This document shows, in pieces, positions 39,852 through 51,782 of a stretch of 64,000 bases of DNA. The position numbers and the translations under genes were made by a program. The notes beneath the pieces are model-generated. The model did not search any database, was not told the origin of the DNA, and worked only from the letters and a program-made list of their open reading frames with translations. Numbering within the stretch: the stretch's first letter is position 1; the number at the start of each line of letters is the position of its first letter. The DNA is from a virus. The stretch lies in the IMG/VR virus record IMGVR_UViG_3300042559_000515, positions 19,631 to 83,630 of that record; one strand, 5' to 3'.

Positions 39852-40097
39852 TCAGTTGGGGGGCTTACGCCAGACAGATGGGCTGTGTGCCTCTTCAATC
39901 TCTTGGCGATGTTCATCGTCCTCATAGAGGCGAACAATGTGCATACATGGTGGTTCACCAGACACTTCTTCTTCCATCCACTCATCATCGGACATCGGAA
40001 GTCCATCATGGGTGTAGCACACGGCTGGACCGCACCAGCCATTTTCCATTCCAATTTCCAACCATGTATCAAAATCAATATCCATGTCGTCAATCAT
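39852..40097 (-). CDS. conserved actinophage hypothetical protein
   Basis: FDTWLEIG..GWCGPAVCYTHDGLP..PCMHIVRL; start re-called. Confidence 0.7.
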   Translation of the reverse strand: MIDDMDIDFDTWLEIGMENGWCGPAVCYTHDGLPMSDDEWMEEEVSGEPPCMHIVRLYEDDEHRQEIEEAHSPSVWRKPPN

Positions 40098-40566
40098 TCC
40101 AGTGTCGTTCGGCTTTGGCAAGGGCTTGTGCGTCAAGTTCTTTAGAGAGTTCATCCCATCCTCTGATAGTTCGTCCGTCAACCCATTCTGGTCTTGGGAT
40201 GCTTGGGATAGAGACAAGAAGGGATGTAATCCCTTCATGAACGGACTTAGCGACAGTGGAGGGGTCTGTGTCAACGAACCAGTCAATTCTTCCGTATCCT
40301 GCTTGGATACCACGAATACGCTCCAGTTTGGCATCGGGAGATGTTTCATAAGTTAAATCAATCGCTCCTGCTTTATAGCCTTCACGCTTAAGCCACTCCA
40401 TGAGTATAGGTGTTTTTTTATCGTCAAGTCCGTGAGCAAGTACACAGATACGCCCTTCGTACATTGGAAACATCATGTTCCATAATTTTCGTCCTTCTTT
40501 TGTTGGTTGTCTAGCACCAAGTTCATCCCCAGGATGAGCAAGGACATCAAAACCAAAGACAATCAC
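40090..40566 (-). CDS. HAD-fold-like hypothetical protein
   Basis: IVFGFDVL..WL..G..K..WFVDTDP; degenerate HAD motifs. Confidence 0.5.
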   Translation of the reverse strand: MIVFGFDVLAHPGDELGARQPTKEGRKLWNMMFPMYEGRICVLAHGLDDKKTPILMEWLKREGYKAGAIDLTYETSPDAKLERIRGIQAGYGRIDWFVDTDPSTVAKSVHEGITSLLVSIPSIPRPEWVDGRTIRGWDELSKELDAQALAKAERHWND

Positions 40567-41030
40567 TTGTCGTACAAGCCCATTGCCTTGCGCTCAACAT
40601 GAGCGACATGAGCGCCTACTGGACAGTACATACAGATGTACTGACGGTGTTCGGGTGGTACACCAGTCTTGCGTCCGATGGTCTTGGATTCATCACACCA
40701 GTCGGGGCAACCACCTTCTGGACGATTGTGTTGGTTAAAGCACTTGAGAGCCTGAACCTTGAGGTCGTCTCGTGTCTCACGGATGTAGACATCTTGTTCT
40801 GCCAACTCACCCTTGAGCGCCGTTTCAACATCCAGTTTGCTGGCTGTCTCTGGGTCTACACGGTAGATGAGTGCACGGCAGTTGTCGGGGTCTTGTACCT
40901 GACCATTGTGTCTATCACACAATTCAATTAACTCTTGGTCGTACTCAACAGGTCCGTCATATGGACGCATCTTGTACATAACTCCGTGTGTCTTACAAAT
41001 AAGAATACGGTCAAAACCTGTCTCAGCCAT
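40563..41030 (-). CDS. Cys-rich hypothetical protein
   Basis: CKTH, CFNQHNRP..CPDW, YICMYCPV; GGAG RBS. Confidence 0.7.
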   Translation of the reverse strand: MAETGFDRILICKTHGVMYKMRPYDGPVEYDQELIELCDRHNGQVQDPDNCRALIYRVDPETASKLDVETALKGELAEQDVYIRETRDDLKVQALKCFNQHNRPEGGCPDWCDESKTIGRKTGVPPEHRQYICMYCPVGAHVAHVERKAMGLYDK

Positions 41031-41080
41031 TTGATACTCCTTAGATAGTTACTAAGGAGACTATCACATGTTTTTGGTGG

Positions 41081-44000
41081 TTAGACGATGGGGGAATTAT
41101 CTGCACGGACAGATTCATCGTTGTGGATGATGTGTGCAAGGTTGCGTGCGTTGACAGGCGCATCGGGTCCATGGAATGTCCCGTAGTGGAGGTTGCGCTT
41201 GTAGACAGATGACTTCTGACCACTTGCATGGTGGTCAATCTTGATGTCCTTGCTTGAGTGTCCATAGGACTCAAGCCAAGGGTACATGCTTGCCATTAGA
41301 GACCTGAATCAGCCAGTGGGTGGCGCTCAACGATGCTGTACAGTTCGCCCGTTGGGTACTGTGACTGCAACACATTCATGCGTGCCGTTGCCGATGTTGG
41401 GTCAACCTCTCCACCACGGTCGGGTGTGAGTGACTTGTACTTGCCATCGGAAAGACCAAGACGAAGGTCTCGGTTCATTGAGCGTGAATCATTAACTGCC
41501 ATTACAACATTCCTTCATTTGGATTGGGACGAGAACTAATTAAAACCATTGCGTGCCGTCTTGCATCTCTTTCAGCATTTTGACCTGCAAAATGACCACT
41601 CATTTTTTCTCCGTCAAATACTTGAGAAACACCGCCGTTGTTATGATGGCGGATAGCAATGTTGAGATGTGGATGACCAACCCGTTCTAATGACCACGGG
41701 CTTCTTTCTGTTGTTTCCTCAACGGTTTTGTCTTTTTTGCGCAACATAACAGAACTATTTTACCACTAAGGAGTCCAGCCAGCGGCTGATGTGCGACTGA
41801 AAGCATCAGCGTCACTGTCAAATCCTGATTCCCTTGCTGAAGCCCTACGCCGTGCACGCAATTCTTCTGGAGAGATACCCAACCGTGATGCTGACTCCTC
41901 GTCAAATTCACGCCTCTTTCGGCGGTCAGACATACCTTGCTTTAGGCTTGCAACACCCTTAATAAGGTTGCCAGCGTTTGCAGGTACTTCCCAACGGGAT
42001 TTCTTTGTATCTACATAATCGGGTGTTGAGCCATAATCACGATTAAGACTGACATTAGGAGAATCAAACTTTACTTGAGATACCGCAGGGGGCTTTGGCT
42101 CACTCCATGTAGTTGGTTGAACGCCAAGCGTTTCTGGGACACCAATACCTTGCTGGTACCGACCGTTGCGCATTCTTCCTTGTGTCATGACCACAATCCT
42201 TGCATTGAGTATCGGCTAGAACCTGAGAAATTGTCTTCCATAAAACCATTACGGAACATCACGGGTGCACCTGACACCCATGAACGGTATGTCGGGAATG
42301 CACGGTCAATTGTGAGGGCGTCTGCAACACCCATCTCCTGCTTAGACATCCCTCTAGACTCTGGAAACAATTGTTGTGGCACCACAGGACGAATCGCCCG
42401 AATATCTTCGGGTGTAGAGATTGCACTCTGTAGAGCCATGTCTACGAGCATCTCTTGTCGTGACTGCCACGGCTTAGAAGGGTACTGAGCCATTACTTAC
42501 AGTCGGCGCAAGAACCAGAACCCTTGGGGGTGTTGGTACCACAGTTAGCGCATGATTCCATTTCAGGGCGCTGAATACCACCAGCAGGGGCGTTATCCAT
42601 ATTCATGCGTTCACCTGTCTTTGGGTGAATGTATGGACCATTCATGCTCTCAAGTTCTTTCATTGACATGGGTTTTGGTGCTTTAAAGAACCTAGCCCTA
42701 TCAACACGACCATCTCCTGGTTTTCTACCTATTCCACGAGGCATTACTTATCTTCCTTGTCTAAGCCAAACTCTTTTAATGTTTCAGGAGAGAAAGTAGC
42801 AACCTCTGTGTTGAGGTATGGAGCCTTAGAAGGGTCATCCATCCATTCTCGTGCACTGTCCTGTGCTGGGTACATGTCAAGGTTTGGTGGCTGTTCTGAA
42901 CCATCTCCCTGTGTACGAATCATGTCGTTTGCTGAAGTAGCAAGTGAATGACCAAGTCGTGCAACATGTGCAAAGTTACCCAAACCAATCATGGATGGAT
43001 ACTTTGAGGGGTCTTGCTGACGAGGCATTAACGGACACCACCACGGATGGCGTTACCAATTTCATCGGCGTATGGACCGACATCCATGCCACGGTCACGG
43101 TCTTTGCGGTACTGGTTGATGAGGTCTTGACCCTTGTACTCGTCAATCTCTTCTGGGTAATCTCCGCCCTCAAAGTGACGCTCGTATGCCTCATTGTCTG
43201 CATACAAAGGTGAGTTTGTGCTCACCTCGTCAAATGCATTCTGCAAAGGCTGGATGGCTGTCTCATTAATCCAGTCAGCCAAACGAGCCGCAATTCGTGG
43301 GGTATCACGGTGCACAGAGCGACCTCCGTGATTGCGTGTATCCATTCCTTTAGGCATTTTAGTTTTCTCCTCTTACTCGGCGGTCTTGTACATCTTCTTC
43401 GGTGCGCTCATAGTCGGACGGAAGTCCAACACGGCTCTGAAGAGGACGGCGTGTGCGGTCTGCTGGACCGACTGCTTCATCGTAGTCTGATTGCTCTGGG
43501 TCATAGTTGATACCCATGAGACCAGCGTTACGCTGTGCGAGCATTTCCTGCTGTGCAATCATCTGATTGCGCATGTTGATATATGGGTCTGCGATAGGAC
43601 GCATTCTTTCGTTATGTGCCATTAGTCTTCCTCATCTTCCTTATAGACTTTGTAGTCACGGCGCATTGGCTTAAAGACTGTGACACCATGACCTGATTCT
43701 TGGAATGCCTGAATACCTGCGTCAACTGGAATAGACGAACCACCTTGTCCGTACAAGGTATCTTTACTACCCTCTGGCATAAGGTCTGCATCGGTGAATG
43801 TATCGTAGGCATAGCCATCGTCATCTCGTTCAAAACCTTGTTGCATATTGCTACGACCTTCAAGATGTGGAGCATCCCCACTTGGCAGGTCCATATCTTC
43901 ACGAATCTGCTGTGCTAAGTCACGAGGACCTCGTGCTTCATTTCGCACATCGGTTGCTTGACGATATACAGAAGTGAGACGCTCTGTAATGTCGTTACGG

Positions 44001-46436
44001 TATTTCCTAGTAGTTAAATAAGGGTCTGCAATAAAGCGACCTTTTTCGTTATATGCCATTAGAAACTCACTTTACTTTCTCAGGGATTGGGAGTGATAGT
44101 GCCATACCACCTGAAGGTGACTTTGGTGGCTTCTTACTGTTGCGAAGAATTGACGAACCGCCTTCATCCTTTGGAGGATTGTCCCGAAAGGAGTTGCTGT
44201 CAGCCCCTTTAGGCTCTCTTGCGTAGTAATCACCTTCAGGCTCAGAATTAGGCTTTTCAAGGGTGTACTTTTTATTTGCGCCTGTTTGAGTGAACTCGCC
44301 TTTTTCGTCTTCTCCACTCCATGACTGGAGGCGAAGTTCTGGAGTAAGTCGGGGGTGTTGTTGACCCGCAACGGCAGATGCGCCACTATGGGGTTTTCTA
44401 TATTCTCCGCCAAAACGATTTGCCATACAGATATTTTACTTCATTTAACGCCAGCGTGGAGCGAGAGTTTTTAATTGACTTCTACGCTGAGGGCTAATCT
44501 GTTGAGCCTGACCCTCTTCATTACCACGGGGGATACCACGGGGACCGACCTTGCCGTCATTGGTGAGGCGCACAGGCTCTGCCCCAACTGGAGCAAACTT
44601 GAGACCCTGAGCCTCATACTGGAGACCTGTGTACTTGCCAAACTCTTCAGGCCAAAAGTAATCACCTGTATTGATTCTTTCACCTTTGTGAACGCCACGG
44701 CTGTACTGGCGAGCGTTCATACGGCTCAGAGTGCCGAGAACCTTGTCTTGTCGGCGGTTAGACGACATTGTTCCGAGGTAACCATCAGGGTAGGCGGTGT
44801 CTACTGAGGTGCGGTTACCCGACATGAGTTGGTCTTTAGACGAACGGTAGTACGGAGATGGACCATAACCATTTGTAGGGTCAGAGTTTGGTGCAGAGGA
44901 TGCGTTACCCCATGTACCAAATGATGGTGTCTGTTGTGCCATTACATCATCCCGCCTGCTGAAAATCCGCCTATGAAGCCACCTTGACCATTGCCAGTTG
45001 GCTCAACAGGACGGGCAGAGCGTTCCTTTGCTTTCTTTCGTACATATCGTTGTTGTGTACGGGACTTTGAGCGTGGGTGTTTAGTAGTCATCACCATTAT
45101 AGAAAGATTCTGTAATGTCTTCTGAGCCTTTTTCTGGTTGGTACTTGTTCAAACTTCCACCCTCAAACATGTTGGGTTGGTTCTTGATAGTTCCCCAGTG
45201 TGCGCCACCTGCGCTGACAATGTGCATGTCACCTTGTTGGTTTCGGAATACACGACCACCCTGTTCAACCATACGCATAGCCTCGCCACCCCAGTTGGGT
45301 TGTTTGGATTGACCTTGTGGTCGGAATACAGGTTGACCTTTAAAGGAAGGCATGGTTAGTACTGCTGTCTCCAGATATCACCTTTTGGTGCATTTGCTTT
45401 GATGTCTGAGTCAATACCACCCATGATGCCCTTCCACTCTTCTGCCTGCTTAGCATGGTGTTCACGGGTCTTTGGGTCTGGCGAGTTAGTAGCACGCTCC
45501 ATATGCATATCATACAGTTGCTTAGACGACTCATATCCTTGACCTAATTCGTTACCACGCTTAACTGTTTGTGGATTGTTTGGCTTTGGTGCAAAACGAG
45601 CATTTGGGTTAGGGCGAGGTGGCTGGAGAGTACCTTTAGATGCGTAGGCATCAAATGGATGTGGCGCTCTAGGAGCGCTGTTTGAATTGTTATTGCGGTT
45701 TACTCGCATTCCTCTAAAAAGTGGCATTTCTATTCTCCTGACTTACGCTCAAAGCGAGATGGGGCACTGAGATGACCATGTTCCATATACCGTGAAACGG
45801 CAGTGGAAGGGTGCATTCGGTGTTGTTGGATAAAACCACCAATGGCGGTTTCAAACTTCTTACCACGCTTACCAAATGCGCCAGACATAATCTGTTCTGC
45901 ATGCTTGGCGGTGGCGTAATCTGCTCCTGCAATACGACCAGCAATACCCGTCTCTGGGCTACGAAGGTTTGACCATGCACGCTCTTCTCGCCGTGTCTGA
46001 CGCTTGGTCATTGCTGGGCGTTCAGGCTCGTTGCTAGAAAGGTTAATTACTTTTCGTCCATCACGGACTTCATATGAATCAGTGCTCATCTTAGTTACCA
46101 CCGTGCCGTTTCGTTTTCAACAAAGGAATTTGGCGAAGGAGAAGGAGCAGGCGGGAACTGTGAACTACTGACACTGTGACCATTGCTCTCAGTAGAACGA
46201 GTTACCAATTTATTTACAGCGTAGTTTTTTGCAGAAGATTTAAGAAAATTTCCTGCAATTGCTCTACCACCAGTAGCGGCGGCTGCTCCACCAGCAGTAG
46301 CACCACCAGCGGCGGCTGCTCCGCCAGCAGCGGCTCCGCCAGCAGTAGCGGCTCCTGCGGCTGTAGCGCCAGTAGCGGCGGCTCCGCCAGCGGCGGCACT
46401 TCCTCCTAATGCGGCTAATATTGCTGGTAAAGGCAT
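41081..46436 (-). CDS. run of about 17 small, mostly TAATG-coupled low-complexity hypothetical proteins (41081-41296, 41296-41502, 41502-41747, 41766-42194, 42185-42493, 42493-42744, 42744-43028, 43028-43357, 43359-43622, 43622-44059, 44067-44426, 44445-44942, 45081-45353, 45356-45727, 45730-46101, 46095-46436)
   Basis: Contiguous co-oriented ORFs with stop/start overlaps; rich in G, P, R, N and D. Confidence 0.7.
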
Positions 46437-46444
46437 AGGTCTCC

Positions 46445-46735
46445 TTATTTAATCTGTGGTTTTAATGATATCGCAGAAATAGTTTCACCGTTTTCACCCA
46501 CAATGTCATCAAAACCAATGACAAATGACAAGTCAATGCCACGGGGTGCAACAAACCCACGGGCAATAGCGGCTGCTTTTACAGCCTGATTGACTGCTGA
46601 TGCGCCAATAGCACGCATCTTTGGTGTCTGTCCTGCATTAATGGCACGAGCCATAATTGAGCCTACAGACTGTGGATTACTGGAACCAGAGACCTTTAAG
46701 ACATCGTCAATAGGGGTATTTAGTTCTTGTGACAT
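46445..46735 (-). CDS. spoVS: stage V sporulation protein S family (Alba-like)
   Basis: VLKVS..SNPQSV..RAIGASAVNQAVKA.AIARGFVAP.GIDL..F. Confidence 0.92.
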   Translation of the reverse strand: MSQELNTPIDDVLKVSGSSNPQSVGSIMARAINAGQTPKMRAIGASAVNQAVKAAAIARGFVAPRGIDLSFVIGFDDIVGENGETISAISLKPQIK

Positions 46736-46767
46736 AGTGGGAACTCCTTGTAGTTGTTTCCCCTATT

Positions 46768-47133
46768 TTAGGTGTATTCAGCCTCACCCAACAAGTCAAC
46801 AAAATCATCCAACCTCATCACGACATAAGACTCTCCAAGAGCCTTTTCCCCTTTTCCAGGTCTCTTGACTACAAGTGCAGGCACTGCTCCACCGAGTCGT
46901 TGAGCCTGCTCTACGGTGTCGTTAAGCCATTGGCTAAGTTGAAATGATTTTTGGTTCTTACATTGAACCGCTACTTTTCTAAGAGTCGCCTTACGAGCAA
47001 TCCCATTGATATCCCCAGTGTCATTGCCACCAGAAAGTGCAGGACGGTGAGCATGGATGAAACCCTTTCGGATTAAGTAATCTCTAACAAGAACTTCAAA
47101 GGATGTTCCCTTGGCTTTATTCTTATTTGCCAT
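46768..47133 (-). CDS. Holliday junction resolvase (Hjc-like PD-(D/E)xK)
   Basis: KAKGTSFE..V.DYL..G.NDTGDI..VQCKNQK. Confidence 0.8.
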   Translation of the reverse strand: MANKNKAKGTSFEVLVRDYLIRKGFIHAHRPALSGGNDTGDINGIARKATLRKVAVQCKNQKSFQLSQWLNDTVEQAQRLGGAVPALVVKRPGKGEKALGESYVVMRLDDFVDLLGEAEYT

Positions 47134-47554
47134 CGTAGCACTCATTGTTTAATAGTTCTGTCACATGTGGAGGATACAAGATGTAACCCTTTGCTGGGTT
47201 GTCTGAGCCTCCTGCCAAAACCTTTTGGGTCAGGTGTTGTTTGTTAACTTCTAAATAGTTTTTTAAACGATTAACAGAAACGACAACAAACGCATCGGGT
47301 GAGTGGAGGTACACCCACCAGTGTGCTTGGGTGACATTGATACCTGATGGCTTCCAGCCAGTGCCCCGTGGATTCTGTTCGGTCTCTACGACCATGTTCC
47401 CATTTCGGTAACGGTCGTACTTGACTTCAAAGTGCCCTGCGCTTAAATCAGAAAGGAAGTTTGTGACTATCTGTTCTCCCTCTTGACCAAAGGCTAAGTC
47501 CTTGGTGAAGTCAAACCTGTCAATGTCGTGTGATGGCTGGTACCCAGTGGTCAT
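47123..47554 (-). CDS. PD-(D/E)xK-like hypothetical protein
   Basis: F.KDLAFGQEGE..FEVKYD..GNMVVE..PSGINVTQAHWW. Confidence 0.6.
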   Translation of the reverse strand: MTTGYQPSHDIDRFDFTKDLAFGQEGEQIVTNFLSDLSAGHFEVKYDRYRNGNMVVETEQNPRGTGWKPSGINVTQAHWWVYLHSPDAFVVVSVNRLKNYLEVNKQHLTQKVLAGGSDNPAKGYILYPPHVTELLNNECYDGK

Positions 47555-47764
47555 AGTTAGTTCTTTGTGATGAAGTCGTCTAGGTATTCGTGGTAAATCT
47601 CGGTGGCATCAATGGCATTGATTCCCTTGACATGACCAAAGCCATCAATCTCTAACGCTTGGATTAATCTACGAAGCAAAGCCATTGCTAGTTCTCGCTC
47701 AAGGTATGCGTCAAACGCACGGTCAAAGTTTTCTTGCGACTTCTTCTTCCAGTATTTGGCGGTC

Positions 47765-47986
47765 TTAAACATGTAGCGCCTCAATTGCATTGTCAATGGC
47801 GTTGTGGAGGGTACCCCACTCCATGCGGTGGCGTGCCATTACGGTCTTGTGATACGAGGGCATCTTGCCTTCTTCAATGATGGCGTCTTCAATCTTTTGA
47901 ATTGCCTTGCGAAGTCGTACAACTTCTTCTTGAGAGCGCATGAGGCTTACTTGAAGTTCGTTAATGGTTGCTTGTTGCTCATCCAT
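47765..47986 (-). CDS. coiled-coil hypothetical protein
   Basis: AAGGA RBS. Confidence 0.55.
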   Translation of the reverse strand: MDEQQATINELQVSLMRSQEEVVRLRKAIQKIEDAIIEEGKMPSYHKTVMARHRMEWGTLHNAIDNAIEALHV

Positions 47987-48490
47987 TTTCTTTTCCTTTA
48001 ATCTCCTTGGTATCTACCTGGAGGATAAACATCTTTAGGATTTGGTTTTCCTGAGTTCATCATATCAACGATGAAATCTACGGACTCTCTTACTCGTTCT
48101 GCAAAAGTAGTTTCTGGTTCTTCTGTGTTTTCTGGTTCGTTGCTCATTTATTTAACTTTCTGTCCCATTAAAAGTCCGCATGAAAATACGGCTCCCAACA
48201 TAATGATTTGAATAAGGAAATTACCCACTTACGACCTCCTCGTAATCGTTAAGAATTGCGGAAGCCATTTTTAGCGCAGAAGGTAGGTCATCGTCAAGGA
48301 TGTTGTCAACAATCACATTGATGGTGTTGTACATCAACTTTGCAAGGAACTGCCAATCCTCGTCATGTTCCATAGAATGCTCGCACTTTTTCTTTTAGCC
48401 GTTCGTTCTCGTCTTGAAGGATACGGACTAATGCCCACAATTGTTTAATAGTTTGTTCGTTTGTAGTTTCTGACTTTTCGGAGTCTGACA

Positions 48491-48742
48491 TCAGTACCCC
48501 TTGTATGTCTGCGCTATTCCACGGAGGTAACTTTCCCCATGTGGAGTAATCTTCCACATGTCCTTGATGGGCATCATAAACCCATACTTTGAAAGAATGA
48601 ACATGGTGTCCTTAACACGGGACGGCTTTTCAAACTTGTTGGGGAAGCACTCCATGAGGTCTTGTACACCTACAGGATTATTCTTCATCTTGGCGTATTT
48701 CAAGGCGCAGTGTGTTGCACCGCCATACTTAATTCGGCTCAT
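48491..48742 (-). CDS. winged-helix-like hypothetical protein
   Basis: LSKYGF..WKITPHGESYL wing motif. Confidence 0.5.
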   Translation of the reverse strand: MSRIKYGGATHCALKYAKMKNNPVGVQDLMECFPNKFEKPSRVKDTMFILSKYGFMMPIKDMWKITPHGESYLRGIAQTYKGY

Positions 48743-49269
48743 GGGTTATACCGTGCATTCTTATACTCCTTTGGGGCAAGTCCAATACGGCGACTTAACT
48801 CTCGGCTAAGTACTTGGGCACCACGCTCACACCGTTGAAACACAGTCTCTGTCAACTTGCGGAAAGCACGGGACTCCAAGTACATGTCTTGTGCCTCTAA
48901 GACACTGATGTCAATGTCACGGCGAGCCTTGGCAAGAGTAACAGTGTCTCCCTTTACCTTCTCAACCGTCTGGTCAATGATTGCTTTAGCCTCAGTAACT
49001 TTAAGAAGGTGTGCCTTGCGGTCTTCGTCAATCTCTGACTTGACCAACTCTGCGTGTGTATATGACACCCATCCCATGAACTCTGCGTACAGGTTCATTA
49101 AAGCACTATCGGATAATTCGTCTAGGCTCTCTGGAAGACTCGGAATCTGGTCCGTTGGTTGTTCGGGTAGGTGAAACTTGCTCAGAAACTTGTTCATCCC
49201 CTCTTGGGATTGACCATCCGATGCTCTGACCACTGTCCGCACTTTGTCCGTTGTCACTACTGTTCTCAT
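48739..49269 (-). CDS. hypothetical helical protein (UvsY-like position)
   Basis: LSRELSRR C-terminus; lies in the recombination cluster; start uncertain. Confidence 0.55.
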   Translation of the reverse strand: MRTVVTTDKVRTVVRASDGQSQEGMNKFLSKFHLPEQPTDQIPSLPESLDELSDSALMNLYAEFMGWVSYTHAELVKSEIDEDRKAHLLKVTEAKAIIDQTVEKVKGDTVTLAKARRDIDISVLEAQDMYLESRAFRKLTETVFQRCERGAQVLSRELSRRIGLAPKEYKNARYNP

Positions 49270-50038
49270 TGTTATAACACTGCTTCTTGTATGGGCAACT
49301 CTTACATACCCGATGGGTTTGTTCCAACCATGAAGGTCGTACTGGAGGTTCATTATCTTCTAACGCACGCACCACGGTATGGCAGGAGGCTAGGATGGAG
49401 TCAACAATATCAGGTTGGTATTGAATTGAAAACTCTTTGACATCCTGATTTGCTTTCCATTCATAAAGAATGACTGCATCATGGATGTTTAGGCAATGCA
49501 TGTACAACTGTGTTTGACGCACATGCGATGGGAAAGGTTTCTTAATACTTGCCCAAAGACCATCAATAGTTACTTCACCACGAGCGTAAGGTGCAAACAA
49601 TGCGTAGTCTTCCATACGGATTGTTCCGACACCGAGGCTCTTGATTTCAAGAACAGCCTTCCCCTTGGAGTCATTGATAATGCCGTCTGCATGACCGATG
49701 ATGTGGTGGTCAGCATCCTTGATAGGAACTTCGGCTTGCTCTAAGACACCAGCCTCAGTAAGCCACTTCTGCCACTTCTCATGGATAAGGTGACCTTCAG
49801 CAAAAATGTTTAAACGCTGTAATGAAAACGATTCACTAGGACCTGGGTAACCAGTAATCTTGTACCAAGAGGAGCGTGGGCACCAGTCCTTCTTACAAAT
49901 CTCTGAAGGGTGCAGGTGGAGAGAATCACGCTCTTCACTGCTCTTGGCGTTCTTCTCCAAGAGAAGTCGCTCTACTGGTGCTAGGAGCCTGTAGGGGCTG
50001 CTTAAAAGCCTCTTCATGTCTTCTGTCTTGATGGTCAT
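49106..50038 (-). CDS. Cas4-like PD-(D/E)xK exonuclease
   Basis: HPSEIC..CPR, GHADG, LEIKS, QLYM, CKSCPYKKQC (4-Cys cluster). Confidence 0.85.
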   Translation of the reverse strand: MTIKTEDMKRLLSSPYRLLAPVERLLLEKNAKSSEERDSLHLHPSEICKKDWCPRSSWYKITGYPGPSESFSLQRLNIFAEGHLIHEKWQKWLTEAGVLEQAEVPIKDADHHIIGHADGIINDSKGKAVLEIKSLGVGTIRMEDYALFAPYARGEVTIDGLWASIKKPFPSHVRQTQLYMHCLNIHDAVILYEWKANQDVKEFSIQYQPDIVDSILASCHTVVRALEDNEPPVRPSWLEQTHRVCKSCPYKKQCYNNENSSDNGQSADSGQSIGWSIPRGDEQVSEQVSPTRTTNGPDSESSREPRRIIR

Positions 50039-50358
50039 TCTGCACCTGTCATTTCAATAAAGTCATCTTCGGCAAGAACAACATATCTGCGACCTGCAAG
50101 GTCAAACTGAAGTACTGGCATTCGGTCTTCTACGATTGCTCGTTCAACCAACTCACGAAGGTCAACCTCTTTTAAGGTGATGGACTTCTTGTTAGTAGTG
50201 AACTTATTTTCAAATAAAAACTCTGCCGAACGCACATCGTTCTTGCGTAGCCAGAAAGACCCTGAGCCAGCATTACGACTTCCCTTGTAAGTATCAGCAG
50301 TGCGCTTTTCCTGCTTACGAGAAGTCTTCATAATTTGACGCTTCTCTTCAAGGTTCAC
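50035..50358 (-). CDS. Holliday junction resolvase-like nuclease
   Basis: QEKR.A..G..AGSG..KNDV..FENKFT. Confidence 0.7.
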   Translation of the reverse strand: MNLEEKRQIMKTSRKQEKRTADTYKGSRNAGSGSFWLRKNDVRSAEFLFENKFTTNKKSITLKEVDLRELVERAIVEDRMPVLQFDLAGRRYVVLAEDDFIEMTGAE

Positions 50359-51374
50359 AGTTCAATACCGTGCTTCTCAAAGACATCCTTACGAAGGCTT
50401 GCTTGCATGTCAAGGTCTTCACGGACACCAGCAAGTGCCTTGTCCTTACCCTGCCAACGCTCTCCACCGTATGAGTAGAACGCACCTGCACGCTCAATGA
50501 TGTTGGATGCAATGCCGATGTTCACCATGTCCTTGATGACATCAAAGTCGCCAAACTCAAAATTAGTTGCGTCTGCAAAGTAGAAGTCAACAATGGCTGA
50601 CTGCTGTGGTCGGTGTGTCTTGTTCTTAATAGTACGACCCTTGATGGACTGACCAACGGTCTCGTCTTTCTCCTTGAGCCACTCATCACGCTTGACTTCA
50701 ACACGACAGAAGTAGTGGAAGTTCTTTGCCTTACCACCTGGGGTAGTGCGGTTGTCTCCCCACATGACACCAATCTTCTCACGCCACTGGTTAATGATGA
50801 GACCAGTACAACCACGGTCTTCTTCAATCAATGAACGCTTCTGTGACTTAGAAGACTTGCGGAAGAATTTGCCAGTAAGACGGGCACCGAGACCAACGGT
50901 GAACTCTTCCATCATCTTCTCTGCTTCTGCGTCTGGAACGAGCGCAGGCAAAGAGTCAATAACAATCATGTCAACTGCACGGTTGTCCAACGCACGGATA
51001 GCGAGGTCATACACCTGCTCCATGATGTTGTTCTCCACAATCCAGAGACGGTCAAGGTCTACACCGATTGCCTTTGCATACTCAGGAACGAAGTCCTCAG
51101 CCGCAATCCACATGGCGCAAAACTCTGGGTCAAGTGCTTGGTTAGCCGCAATGGTCTTGAATGCCATAGCAGTCTTACCTGATGACTCTTCACCAATGAT
51201 TTCACTCCACTGGTTAACAGGCCAACCTCCACCAAGCATCAGGTCGTAGGACAAGACACCAGTGGTGATGCGTGGAATCATCTCACGAACATCAGAGCCT
51301 CGGACGATGCTTCCATCACCGTACTTCTTTTTGACTGATGCGATGATGGATTGAAGTGATTCGTATTCTGACAT
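50355..51374 (-). CDS. recA: RecA/UvsX recombinase
   Basis: GEESSGKT, IVIDSL.AL, INQWREKIGV.WG..TTPGG.A..F. Confidence 0.95.
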   Translation of the reverse strand: MSEYESLQSIIASVKKKYGDGSIVRGSDVREMIPRITTGVLSYDLMLGGGWPVNQWSEIIGEESSGKTAMAFKTIAANQALDPEFCAMWIAAEDFVPEYAKAIGVDLDRLWIVENNIMEQVYDLAIRALDNRAVDMIVIDSLPALVPDAEAEKMMEEFTVGLGARLTGKFFRKSSKSQKRSLIEEDRGCTGLIINQWREKIGVMWGDNRTTPGGKAKNFHYFCRVEVKRDEWLKEKDETVGQSIKGRTIKNKTHRPQQSAIVDFYFADATNFEFGDFDVIKDMVNIGIASNIIERAGAFYSYGGERWQGKDKALAGVREDLDMQASLRKDVFEKHGIEL

Positions 51375-51377
51375 TTG

Positions 51378-51782
51378 TTACCTCGGTAGTGCTTGGTCGT
51401 ACATGCCGTTCCAACCACACTCGTAACAGCGTGGTGCTGGGCTTGCACCGTTAATCATGGTGTTATGACCACGCCCTGTCCTGCTGAAAACATAAATGCT
51501 TCCGCAATCTGGGCAGGTCATGTTACCTTCTTTGCGTGTGGCTTCACCACCTTGCCACAAACGAATTGCAGTACTCATGTCAATCTGTTCGTTGGCACCA
51601 CGACTTGGGTCAAGCAACTCCTGTCGTCCACCTTGTTGCACAACATTATGTTGTTGCTGTTGTGGAGACTGCATGGGAGTTTGCATAGGCATATTCAACG
51701 GAGGAGTTGTGGGGGGAGTTGTGTAAGTGCGTTGCGGTGTAGGTGTCTCACCAGCAAGTTTTTTTGACCACCAATCAGTCAT
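51378..51782 (-). CDS. zinc-ribbon hypothetical protein
   Basis: MTDWWSKKL..CPDCGS..RCYECGW; GGAGG RBS. Confidence 0.65.
   Translation of the reverse strand: MTDWWSKKLAGETPTPQRTYTTPPTTPPLNMPMQTPMQSPQQQQHNVVQQGGRQELLDPSRGANEQIDMSTAIRLWQGGEATRKEGNMTCPDCGSIYVFSRTGRGHNTMINGASPAPRCYECGWNGMYDQALPR

Noticed and set aside
46260-46400. GC-rich tandem repeats (GCGGCTCCGCCAGCA)
   Set aside because: They simply encode the Ala/Gly tract of ORF 46095-46436.
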